Source of the DNA: Octopus sinensis
Taxonomy: Eukaryota
Assembly (NCBI RefSeq): GCF_006345805.1
Contig: NC_043000.1
Span: 67,270,001-67,334,000 of the forward strand
DNA length: 64,000 nucleotides
Direction: 5' to 3'
The notes beneath the pieces are model-generated. The model did not search any database. It saw only the letters and a list, made by a program, of their open reading frames with translations, and was not told where the DNA came from. How positions within the stretch are numbered: position 1 is the stretch's first letter; every line of letters begins with the position of its first letter. This document shows positions 1 to 11,691 of the stretch, one piece after another. The position numbers and the translations under genes are program-made.

Positions 1-637
1 GAGGGAAGAGTAGAAATGTGTGATAAATAGACAGAAAATAGAGAACAGGAATTTTGTTCATAATGAAGTTGTTATCCTCTCCTCTATCGGATTTATTTAT
101 AGATGCTTTCTGTAACTAGATTTTCTGTTTAAGTCACGCCAATGCAAAAAACATTAGTCTGGTTAAATAATGTTGACACAAGAAACTTTATCGTTGCAAG
201 ATTATTTTATTAAACATGGTCATTATTGAAAACCCTAAGGAATTGTTACAAAAATACATTTGAAATATTACCATATTATAATTTCTACGATAAAAGATAT
301 TTAAAAAGTTTTGAATGAAATTTATAAGCGAGTACAGGTTATAAAGTGGACTGTCGGAATTGCGAAAGTGTGTATTTTAATCATAAAAATGAAAGAAAGA
401 AAAAACTGGCAGGAACGTTTACAACCCAGATAAAATGCCTGTAGTATTTATTTAGACTAATACATTTTGTGTTCAAATTTCTTCAAGGTGAACTTCTTTC
501 TGTGGTGGGGAGAGAGAGAGAGAGAGAAATAAAGAAAGAAAAGTTCCAGTCTTAAATTTTTTTCAAAATTTAATTTTAAATATGTTATGAGAGTAGAAAC
601 CTAAGAATGGATTATATACACATCTATTGATACATAA

Positions 638-1003
638 ACGTGACTGTGCGGTTAAGAAGTTTGCTTCCCTATCATGTGGCTTTGAGTTCTGTATTACTGC
701 ACGACAGCTTCGGACTATGAGCACATTTAGCAGAAAGAAAACCTTAATGTGTGTTTGTGCGTGTGTATGTGTGTCCTTGTCATGACGTCGATATAAGGTT
801 GTAAACCAGAATTACCAGTCATACAAGCGAGGTTGTTCGTTTCCCGTCTTCCAGGATAAAGGTCGAAGCTATGGGAAAATATTACCTTGCTTGGAACTAG
901 GTGAGCGTAAGCGACAGGAAGGGCATCCGGCAGTAGAAAAATTTGTTTCCACAAATTCTGTCTGACTTTTGCAAGCATGCAAAAGTGAGCATTAAATGAT
1001 GTT
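638..1003 (+). mobile_element. Diverged tRNA-headed SINE with an RTE-LINE-like 3' tail
   Basis: The head (GTGACTGTGCGGTTAAGAAGTTTGCTTCCC) resembles the family A heads at 16620 and 55320. The 3' part ACAGGAAGGGCATCCGGCAGTAGAAA...GCAAGCATGCAAAAGTGAGCATTAAATGATG resembles the RTE 3' ends at 55005-55130. Confidence 0.55.
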
Positions 1004-1096
1004 GTCACACAGCTACAGGAGCTAGCTGTGGGACTCCGTAAGTTAATTCACAAACTACTTGTCAAAGAGGGCAAGAACTCCGAATAAGACCTGTGA

Positions 1097-1850
1097 CAGC
1101 GGTCAGCTAAAGAGTTCATAGACTGACCAAATACTTTCATGGAATGTAAACAAATGAAGTTTATTTTTCAATATAGTGCCCCTTGCGATCCGCGTACTAC
1201 TTCTATCGGTGTTGCAGTGTTTGGGTCCCATTGCTGAAGAAACTTATCCTGTTGGTCAAAAAGGTTATCAACAGCATATATGACGTCATCATCATTGCGA
1301 TACTGGTTTCCAGCCGAGTGTCTTTTTATGTTGAGGAACAGAAGATAGTTAGAGGGGGTCAAATCAGGAGAATAGGGAGTCTGCTCAGTCAGTTTAAAGC
1401 CAATCACGCACAGCAACCATTGAAACCAATAACTTGTGTACTGGAGTGTTGTCTTGATGAAACAAGATCCCTTTTGTCAGTTTTCCTGGGCGATTGACCT
1501 TGATAGCTTTTCGTACTGTTCAGAAAGTTGGCTTAGTACACTCTATTGATGGTGTAACCTTTTTGAAGATGGTCAATAAGATAAGCGCAATGCCTTTTGC
1601 ATCCCCAAACAATTGAAGCCATTACCTTCCCTGCGGATGAAATGACCTTGGCCTTCTTTGAAGCAGGCGAAGAGGGGTGTTTCCATTTCATGGATCGTCT
1701 CTTTGTCTCTAGTTCAAAGTGATGGAGCCAACACTCATCCTGGCTTAGGTATCGTTCAAGGAAACCTACTGGAACTGCCTGAAACAATGTCAAATTTTAC
1801 CCGTGATGTGATCAACCTGGTGCGCTGATCGCATTTTCTTTATAAAAATT
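1097..1850 (-). pseudogene. Tc1/mariner (mariner-type, DD34D) transposase remnant
   Basis: Motifs DECWLHHFELETKRRSMKW..SAGKVMAS (1533-1793), ILFHQDNTPVH (~1450-1485, read from sequence), YSPDLTPSNY (1168-1416; catalytic D appears as N) and a C-terminal DRKGHYIEK-like end. Frameshifted. TIR-like sequence near 1097-1130. Confidence 0.9.
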
Positions 1851-2828
1851 ACAAATAATAGGTTTTTCAAGAACTTCAAGAATTGGTATGGATTTTCTAA
1901 AGTCTAGAATTATATATTTAAAATCTGCAGCAAACGTAGATACATCACTTTTCTCTGTCAAGTCTCTTCATTGAGTTGTGGGTGGCATTAGATAAGCGAA
2001 AAGAGCCTATCCTCTCAATACAGATTTTCTTCAATACCCCAGGAATGTGTCCTTGCAAATCCTGTACGATCAAAGTTTTATTTTCTAAATACTGCATCAT
2101 ATTCATTATGAAAAAAAATCATCCACTGGAAATAAACTTATTGATTTACGAACCAATGAAGGAGCATTTACGTTTTTGATCTCAACTTGGAAGAAAAAGC
2201 AGTCTGATCACTCGAAAAACCACCCACATTTTACTGTCGTAAATAATGATTCAAGAGTTTAGTCCCTAATATAAAAACACCAGGCCGGTCATGACTCCAG
2301 TGTGTTTGATCATAGGTTTATTCATTCAAAAATATTCTGGGGCCAAACAATAACAAATATATTGATTTCTAATTCTTAAATTTCTATTTAGAATTTAAAA
2401 ATTCATCTGATTAAACATAACCTAAAAAGAATATGAAAATTGTTTGAAACAATTTGTAATGAAATGCATATCATAAGGAGTTTATTAAATATTTATCATC
2501 TTTCACAACTATTCCTTCGTGACCAGTTTAAACAACATATTGATCGTTAATATTTCATACAATAAATTAAAACTGACCCTAAGTTTCTTTAGACGGCAAC
2601 AGTAAATGCTCTTTTGTTCTCCATATTGGTTGTGATGATAGGGAATCAATTTAAAGTAATGGCTGTCGGTAATTAATCAATGAACTTCATATCTTGCTCT
2701 AGATTACTAAGTCCATCTATCCATACGAATCATCATTGATTCAAAGGATATACTTTTCCGTAGCAGATATGTATGTGCCAAAATTAGTAACAGGTTTAAG
2801 TATAAACGAAACAAACTATTGTTTAGAG

Positions 2829-4119
2829 CAGTGGTTTCCGACCTTTTTCAGTTCAGGGACCATCTTTTACTTGAAAAACTTTCTAGGGACCACTTCTACA
2901 TTTATTTTATGCTGTTCTATTTTCCCACTAAAATACTTATGAAAAGACAAAATAGTCTATTTACGCTTTCAAATTTATTTTAACAAACAAAAGATAAAAT
3001 TAAAAATTTATTTTAGTAAACAAAGATAAACACAAGATCTCAAAATCATTTTTCATAAAGTCGTTCATTTTTAGTTCATTCAGCTGGTGACTAACTTGAT
3101 ATTGGTGTTTCTGACACAAGATATCATAACCAATTTTAATGAGTTCATTTAGTCTTAGTCTGATAGTTCCTCTGCTGTTGACATCTAATTTATTTCTTTT
3201 TCTACTTAAAATATCTACAACAGCTGAAAATACAGATTCTATCATCCATGTGGTAGGGAAAGAAATGATGCTTGCTTCTACATGTCGAAAAATATTTGGG
3301 TGTGATTTCTTTATCGATATGTAGGTAAAGTCACCTTCCTTTTCAACTCTTCTTCTCAGTTCCATATTCTCTTTCAAATCCAACAACATTTCAGCCAATT
3401 CAAAATTTTCATCTCCTGGCTCATAATTTTCTAGGTCTACAAACCAGAGTGGATAATCCATCTATCCATCTTTAATAAATCATTGTATCTTCTCTCAAAA
3501 TCTACATGAAGATCTTCACGATGGGCAATGCATGCAGCAATGCATTCTGATGCAGGAATTGTGGTGTTAAAATTTTTAAATGATGCCAAAACTTTTTAAA
3601 ACTGTTTTTTACCAAAATTTTTAATTTTCCCCCATATACCCTTTTATCTTCTGAGAACAGGTGACCAAATCTGATTTTCTACTTTGCAGCTCTAACTTAA
3701 GCAGATTCACTGTTTTAAAAATATCAGTCAAGTAGAATATCTTTGATTTAAACTCAGAGTCTTTCCAAAATTTTCTTAACTGTTTCAGCTTGATTCTTGG
3801 TGTTGTAGTGAGTCATCAGACTCTTGAACATGAGAAAGTTGATTAATAGTTCCCACAAATTCACTAGTCTTTCAAGGCTCAGGCCTTTTGACAACCATCT
3901 TACTTCTGTATGAAGCAATAGGGTTTTAAAATCTCCATCTTCAAAGAATTGTATATAAAATCTATTATTCACTGAGTTTGATTTGACAAAGTTAATTGTA
4001 TGTATGACAGTGTTGAGTGCTTCTTCTATGTGTCCTCCAATATTCTTAGCAACCAAACGTTGTCTGTGGATAATGCAATGTATATTAAAATTTTCTGGGG
4101 ACCACGTTGGGAATCACTG
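2829..4119 (-). mobile_element. Internally deleted hAT DNA transposon, Buster type
   Basis: TIRs CAGTGGTTTCCGAC (2829) and GTTGGGAATCACTG (ends 4119). Perfect 8-bp TSD GTTTAGAG (2821-2828, 4120-4127) with central TA. Transposase motifs HCIIHRQ, LLLHTEVRWLSKG, and dimerisation-domain FPTTWMIESVFSAV. The N-terminal half is missing and stops are present. Confidence 0.92.
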
Positions 4120-4902
4120 GTTTAGAGTCTCTCAGTACGCGAGATCTCCTTAAAATATCTAAAAGAAAGTATATTTTAAAATTTCTGTGAAGCTTTCTGG
4201 TGTAATTTTTTCAACAAGGTGTCTTCAAGCTTTATATTTATTAAAACCTTGCTGGTGTCCAAGATTTATGTTGTTTAAATCTAAATTCAGCGCTGGTCAA
4301 AAGAATAATGCATGACAGAGATAAAGAAATTAGTTTCGAAAACAGAGCTCCACATACAACACGTATTTAGATATGAGGATAGACTAGAGACTACAGAAGA
4401 AAAATAAAGACTTGCTTTTTACAAAAACATAAAATTATTATATGTTATATACGAAAAGCTGGTCATTGGTTACAATTAAGGTTGCACAAAAAATAATTTG
4501 CTGGTTATGACAAGTACGCAATAAATTATAATTTAAATCATGTATAGTTCATAGTTTTTGTCTATCTTGTTACAATGATTAACACTTGAAAAGTTATTCA
4601 ACAATAACTCTTATGTCAACATGAAAACGAATCATAAAAAATTTCTTTCTTTCCCATTATTTACAATTTAATTCATATGAATTTCTTGTTACTTAGTACA
4701 AAATATATTAAGTTTGCTTTGCATAGAGTGAACAAAAGCTTTTGGTAGGACAAAATTATTACAAGTCAATTAAATAATGATTTTAATTTTTACTCCACAG
4801 AGAAGCAATAACAATACAAAAGGGCCTCACAAACTGGTGGTCATATAACACAAGATAACACTATAGAGCAAATATAGTATTACAGAAACGTTCTAAAGTC
4901 TT

Positions 4903-4905
<3 letters not shown>

Positions 4906-4944
<39 letters not shown>
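4906..4944. repeat. (CA)n microsatellite
   Basis: Seen directly in the sequence. Confidence 0.95.
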
Positions 4945-4949
<5 letters not shown>

Positions 4950-4952
4950 TAT

Positions 4953-5187
4953 CTTATCTTTTACCGGTTTCAGTCAATAGACTGCGACCATGTTGGGGCA
5001 TAGCCTTGAATTTCTAATCGAATGTATCGACCCCAGTACTTATTTTTTCTTTTACGCCTGGTACTTATTTTATTGGTCACTTTTGACGAACCGCTAAGTT
5101 ACGAGGGCATAATCACACCAACATTGGTTGTCAAGCGGTGGCAGGGACAGACATAAAGTCATGCACATACACACATATGCATGCATG

Positions 5188-5235
<48 letters not shown>

Positions 5236-5391
5236 TACACGGCAGGTATATTTCAATCTTCGTCTACCAAATTCACTCGTAAGGATTTGGTCGTCTGGAG
5301 GCTTTAGTAGACGACACTTGCCCAAAGTGCCAAGCAGTGGTACTGAACCCGGAACTATGTGGTTGGGAAGCAAGTTGCTTACCACTCACCA
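4953..5391 (-). mobile_element. SINE family A (tRNA-like head, internal (TG)n/(TA)n, short tandem-repeat tail)
   Basis: Colinear with the copies at 10342-10738, 20288-20683 and 55315-55700. Confidence 0.85.
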
Positions 5392-7134
5392 ACGCGTTAA
5401 TATCGAACAGTGAGAATGAGTGATCAACACTGTATGGGAGGATAAATATTCTTTATTTGTGGGTTAACAAGGCCACCAATGGTTTAAGGTAGAGATTTCT
5501 CTCAACATAAAGCCTTGTTAGTCCATAAATAAAGTATATAGATCCATGTACACTTATACACATAAACAAACACCGACTACTAATATAACATAAGCACCTG
5601 CACCACGAAAGATCAATTGAAAGCACCAAACACATTTAAATTACCCAAGCAATCATTACATTTCATTATTTCAGATTCATCGATAAGGACGATTGACTAG
5701 CGTCAACTGCACGAAACCTTTTGGTATGAGGAAATAAAATCTGTTTCACTAAAGTACAAATGTGTGTGTATTACAATGTGTGTGATATATTTATATGTAT
5801 ATGTGAGATAATGGGGAAAAATAAAGGTTATTTGGAAAAGCTAGGGAGAACAACTCAGAGAGGATTAGTGCACCTTATTACTCCGTTCTGCACTCTTTCA
5901 ACACCAACCTTTAGGTGAAACCAAGGAATTTGCTTGCGTCCATCAATACCAAATTCATAGTTCACATTCACCTGTCATAAACTTTATACCAGGACAGGAC
6001 GTTTGCCATAAAATGTTAGTTGAAGAAATTGATATGAAATTTTCAAGGGAAGAAAATCTCTTATTTCAATGTTTTTAGTCTTTATTGTTTCCACAGCTGA
6101 AAGAAAATCGACCTTCCTTATTAAAAGCAGGTAACTACGAAATCCTAATAGGGTACACAGCCAACAGCAATATTCACTCATGCTAGCTTCCATCTTGACC
6201 TGTTTAACACCACCAGCCCCTGAGTCTTCAAGGTTTTGAACGAATTCGACTCTGTTGCAAGTATTCAAGCCAAGGTGCAAACTTATCCGAAAATAAATTT
6301 ACACCTCCCTCTGGCAGAATTTCCCAATTGGTACAATGCTTTAAGTGCCAATAAGAACGACCGTGCGAAAGGAGAGGTGACGAATGAATGACTCCTTCAA
6401 TACACTGCACGGTTGCTTACAATAAAAGCAAAATGGATAAATGAGTACAAGTACCAGAAGGAAAAGGAAGAGACACAACCGATAAAAGGTTTAAGAGAAG
6501 ACTTTATTTATGTGTTAACATATGTGTGTGTGTGTGCATAAGTACATATATAATAATAACAATAGACAGGCCGTCATGCAAAACAAGGGTGTATGCGTGT
6601 GAGATAAAATACAGAGCATAGAAAGAGTCTATAACAGGACGTTAGAAGAATGTTCTCGCACAATGAAGACAAATACCAGTTCGTAGTAAGGTACCAATTG
6701 TTGAAGAGCTGTAACAAGAAGTTGTGGCGTAGAAGCAGAGCCGGTTGAAGCACGTGTCTTGTAAGAAGTTGTGGCTACTATGTCGCTGTCGGTTACTTGA
6801 TACAGGAAGATCTCGCAGGTTGTACTTGCTGTTAACCATGGTGAAGTAATTGAAAAACAGTGTGGAGTTGGACCTGAGCGAGAGTTGCTGTGTACGTAGA
6901 GATGTTGTTGATATTAAGACGGAGGCGACAGAGATGGAGGTCCTGATGGAGGACAGAGTGTCGCTTAAGGCATGGGCTTTAAGAGCTGCGACCGAGGGAA
7001 GACCTTCAGAGATTAAGTGAAAAGTTATTTATGAATGATGAATCAAAGCATAAATATGCTCAATTATCTCTTCAGAAAGAGTACGTTTTAAAAATGTTGG
7101 CAGTTTCATGAACGCCAGTACAATTTTGTACGAT

Positions 7135-8009
7135 TGAATTACATGGAAAAATGCGAGCATGAGAAATAATATTCTTAAGATTATAAAGCTGGAAAATGAC
7201 AGGACAAGTTATAACACTTGGAAAAGTTCAGGACAACTTATGACATCTGGTAAAGTACAGAACAAGAAAATTTTTAGTTAAAGTATTGCAGCTAAGGGTA
7301 AAATTTCAAATTGTAGCGGATGCTGCCGCTACAAAATAAAATATATAGATTTGGAAAATATTAGCTTTTATTAAAACTAAAAATTTTATTACAAGTTATT
7401 ACTTCTATTTGCTATTACTTATTCTATTAAAAATATTAAAAAATACTCAATTAGAATATTTTTGCACTTTAAAAAATTTAATTTTTTTTAATTATTAATT
7501 AAAAATTTGAAAATAGGTTATACAAAATAATAGTAGTGCATAATTAGTACAATAAATAGAATAATACAAAACTTAGTTATTTATCAAAGTAAAATCTACC
7601 TATGACAACAAATTCACAGTAAAATTTGCTTGAGTTATTGCCAATTCTTCACATTTTTAGTCTTGAGCCAATGCCTATTTTTACATAATGAATTTGCCTA
7701 ACATATATACTATTCTACGTTGCATAAAACTTTAGTTATATTGTTACTTCTGGCTCTCATCTTTTAAGTATTCTAGTGTAACAATATTTTAACGAAACGA
7801 TGGTAACTTTTTTAATTATAATTTTACTTTGTAAATTCAAATTTTATCCTTAGCTTCAATAGTTTAAGCAAAAAATTGTTGTTCTGTACTTTACCAGAAG
7901 TAATAAGTTGTCCTGAAATTTTCCAAGTGTAATAACTTGTCCTGTAATTTTCCAGGTTTATAATCTTAAGAATATTATTTCTCTTGCTCGTATTTTCCCA
8001 TGTAATCCA
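7135..8009. mobile_element. Non-autonomous foldback/MITE with ~135-bp TIRs
   Basis: 7135-7275 (TGAATTACATGGAAAAATGCGAGCATGAGAAATAATATTCTTAAG...) is the reverse complement of 7870-8009. The interior is very AT-rich and non-coding. Confidence 0.8.
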
Positions 8010-8014
8010 TGTTT

Positions 8015-8941
8015 GGATCTTTTCGCTTTGACCAGCAGATTTTGAGAATAATTTCTTTGTAACTAAACACTTTTAAAGTTCGTATATTGATAGAATGTGT
8101 TTATAAAACATTTTTTTCTCTTGGCTTTCTTGAGAAAATTCTGTAGTTTGTAAGCTATTTGTTGTTAAATATCTTGCATTTCGGCAACTTCAACCAACCA
8201 ATGACGTCTGAGGTGAATACAATTTCTCCGGATCATTGTCAACAACAATTATTTGCGGTGTCATATAAATCTGTCACTGTTATTTATGACATATTTCATA
8301 TCAGTTACATTCGTATGAATAAAAGATTATCGTTATTAAACTTTTATTTATAAACTCATATTCTAAGTTCACAACATATGCAGTTTTAATTTCCCTCTCT
8401 GTTGCACAGATACACACATTACATATTATATATTCGTTTAAGAAAGAGATTGGGTTTATTTACATTTCTGAAGAAAAAAAGATTCCCTTCCCCCCACCCC
8501 TAACCCTAACTCTAACCCTAACCCTAACCCTAAAACAGATTGAAATGCAATAGATCGATACTAGGGTCATAATTATGGGTGGACACTAAAGAGGGAACGG
8601 TTTTGTTATCAAGCTCTGTTTACGAGAGACCCCTCAGTTTATGGCCACAGGGTATCTTTTTTCTCATAAATAACAGTAACAGATTCATATGACACCGCAA
8701 ATAATTGTTGTTGACAACGATCCGAAGAAATTGTATTCACCTCAATAGACGTCATTGATTGGTTGAAATTGCCGAAATGCAAGAAATTAAACAACAAATA
8801 GCTTGCAAACTACAGAATTTTCTCAAGAAAGCCAAGAGAAAAAGATGTTTTATAAACACATTCTACCAGTATACGAAGTTTAAAAGTGTTTAGTTACAAA
8901 GAAATTACTTTAAAAATCTGCTGGTCAAAGCGAAAAGATCC
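8015..8941. mobile_element. MITE with ~275-bp TIRs, GG..CC ends and an 8-bp TSD (Merlin-like)
   Basis: 8015-8290 and 8665-8941 are inverted copies with termini GGATCTTTTCGC / GCGAAAAGATCC. Flanks CCATGTTT (8007-8014) and CCTTGTTT (8942-8949) match at 7 of 8 bases. The superfamily call rests on termini and TSD length only. Confidence 0.75.
8498..8533. repeat. Interstitial telomere-type hexamer run (CCCTAA)6 with one CTCTAA variant
   Basis: CCCTAA CCCTAA CTCTAA CCCTAA CCCTAA CCCTAA, read directly. Confidence 0.9.
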
Positions 8942-10341
8942 CCTTGTTTTTTCCAGGCTATGCTATTATGCTAATTAATAATGTGTTAAATGTGTCAATT
9001 ATCGGTGTCGTCGATAATTTTTTCCTTACCTCAATGACGCCGGTGACATATTAAATGACCTTTTATAGAACTATATTCATTAAAAAGTATAGAGCTATAT
9101 TATCACCCTCAAATTTAAGAAACAAACACTCATAACTTTTTCGTTTAAAACTTCATTGCATGAGATTGATACCATGAAATTCCTTGAATTGAGCTCTATC
9201 ATTTGTTTTTAAAATAAAAAAGTTAATTAAACTTAAATCCAATTTTTTGCCTTATATCTTTTTTCATATTTTACCTCACAACTTTTTTTATACAAATTTT
9301 TGTTGCATGGGACCAAAACAATAAAATTTTTCATGCTTTCATGGAAGCTAAGATAAATATATTTTGCTTTTAAATTAAGAAAGTTATTTAGATTTAAACT
9401 TGATTGGTGGCGTTACTTACTCTCCTACAACGTTGATACAAATTTTGATGTAAACTTTTTCTGCTGGATTAAATCTCAGTTTTTTTTCATGCAAAAATGT
9501 AGCTAGGGACCAGTCCTCTTCAAAAATGTTGGCAGTTTTCAATTTGGTTAAGAACTGAGTTATCGACAAGCTCTGAAACATGCTGCGTGTGAGTAAATTG
9601 TGGTCTTTCCCTTATTCATTAATTTTGAAGTAGTACTATGGATTTACTTGCGGTTAATAATAATTATTGAGGATGGAGAAAGTGGAGTTTCTCCAAGATG
9701 AAGCATCTTCAGAATGTACATAAACGATAATGACATTTAGAATTTACTAATGTATTGTGGGTGTCAGTTTCCAAGAAATTACGCAAAGTAAATATTTGAA
9801 TTTTAATAGTTGTTAGCATATTTAAAATTTCTTTAGCTTTTTCCTTTTCAAAATATTACTGAGGTTTTATAAATTCTTAACTCGGCTTTTTCAGTATCTA
9901 ATTCGGAACAGACTTAATTAAAAGACTCCAAAATATACCAATGAATGCCTTCTATGTTTAAAAATCTTATTTGTAAGCAACGGCAAGAAAAATGAAGCTT
10001 CAGCGGAATCAGAGCATTGTAAATAATTTACCATCCTATCACAAACGCCGCAAAAAAAAATCTTACATAAGAAGATCGACGTTTCCTTTTCTCATTACAT
10101 TTCTTTGTCGAATGACATACACCTAGACCATGTGCAGAGAGTAACAATTTCCACTCACATGTACTAATTTTTGTGCGTATTACTTCCTTATTAAACGCCA
10201 CATACAAATCTGGAACTCATTGTCTCTTTGACTGTTAAATGACAGTAGCAATATTTTTTTAAAACCATTAAGGCAACAGGATTTCAACGCATAATATAAT
10301 AATAAATACTTATGAAACCCATGGAAATTTCACAGGTCTTG

Positions 10342-10738
10342 TTTACTCTTTTACTCTTTTACTTGTTTCAGTCATTGACTGCGGCCCTGCTGGAGCACCG
10401 CCTTTAGTCGAGCAAATCGACCCCAGGACTTATTCTTTGTAAGCCTAGCACTTATTCTATCGGTTTGTTTTTCCGAGCCGCTAAGTTACGGGACCGCAAA
10501 CACACCACCATCGGTTGTCAAGCGATGTTGGGGGAACAAACACAGACACACAAACACACACATATACATATACATATATATGACGGGCTTCTTTCAGTTT
10601 CCGTCTACCAAATCCACTCACAAGGTTTTGGTCGGCCCGATGCTATATTAGAAGACACTTACCCAAGGTGCCACGCTGTGGGACTGAACCCGGAACCATG
10701 TGGTTGGTAAGCAAGCTACTTACTACACAGCCACTCCT
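10342..10738 (-). mobile_element. SINE family A, full length, low divergence
   Basis: The minus strand reads AGGAGTGGCTGTGTAGTAAGTAGCTTGC...GGTTCCGGGTTCAGTCCC (A/B-box-like), then an internal microsatellite and a (GTAAAAGA)n tail. Confidence 0.9.
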
Positions 10739-11286
10739 GTGAACATTGAGGGCTTTAGTTGTCTCATATTGTAGTAACAGTGGAGAAGACGGCGAATGGC
10801 AGGTATGAAAGATAGAGGGAGTCAGCGATGGGAGAGAAAAGTGTTGGTCGGGAAGGTAAGAGTGAAAGATAGGGGAAGAAAAATGAAATACCAGATGTAT
10901 AATCATACACGCGCTCGCACGCGCACACACACAAGCAAACAAACGCACACATAATACATTGCGGACTGCAATAGTTTATTGTAATGATGTTGTTAGTAAG
11001 ACATTATTTCATGAAGGAGGTAGTTTCGACCAACACTTTATTCTTGCAAAAATTTTTTTTTTTTTTAAATACGTTTTGATTAGTGCAAGTGATTGTTGTT
11101 GCCGCTACCAACACTTCCATGACTACCAGCAAGAAGCAAGCAACAAACATCATAATAAAGATTTACTGTTATTCTCTCTTTATTTTCCCTGGTTTTCTCT
11201 CTTCTTTGATCTACTTACCTTAGCATGACACAAAAGGTAGGTTGGTAGAAACTTACAATTGTATTAATTTTAAAGCATTAAACAAA

Positions 11287-11691
11287 GAAATTTAGGCGGA
11301 CGTTATTTTATATTTATTTTTTTTTTTTTTTTACAGAATTCCCCATTTTCGAGTACGGAAATTCTGATTCTGCAAGAAAAAAAAAAACTTTTTAAAATTT
11401 CAATTCCCCACCCCCTAAAATTCTTCAGTTTTCAATTTTTTTTCAGATTTTTTTCTTTTTTTTTTGGCGAAATACGTAGAAAATACGGAGATTTTTATTC
11501 TAAAATAATTCCTGAAAAAAAAGTGAAAATTGAAGAATCTGGGGGTGGGGGGAACTGAAATTTTAAAATGCCGTTTTCTTTTTTTTTGCAGAATCAGAAT
11601 CTCCGTACTCGAAAATGGGGGATTCTGTACAAAAAAAATTAACTAACGAAAGCGAGGTGCGGTCCACATTCTTTACGTTCGCCCAAATTTC
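11287..11691. mobile_element. Small foldback element/MITE
   Basis: Inner arms 11333-11446 and 11511-11628 are reverse complements. An outer 17-bp inverted repeat is GAAATTTAGGCGGACGT (11287) / ACGTTCGCCCAAATTTC (11675-11691). Confidence 0.7.

Noticed and set aside
5984-7010. ORFs at 5984-6410 and 6642-6839 as genes, or the region as a solo LTR
   Set aside because: No recognisable motifs, and no TG...CA boundaries with a TSD could be defined.
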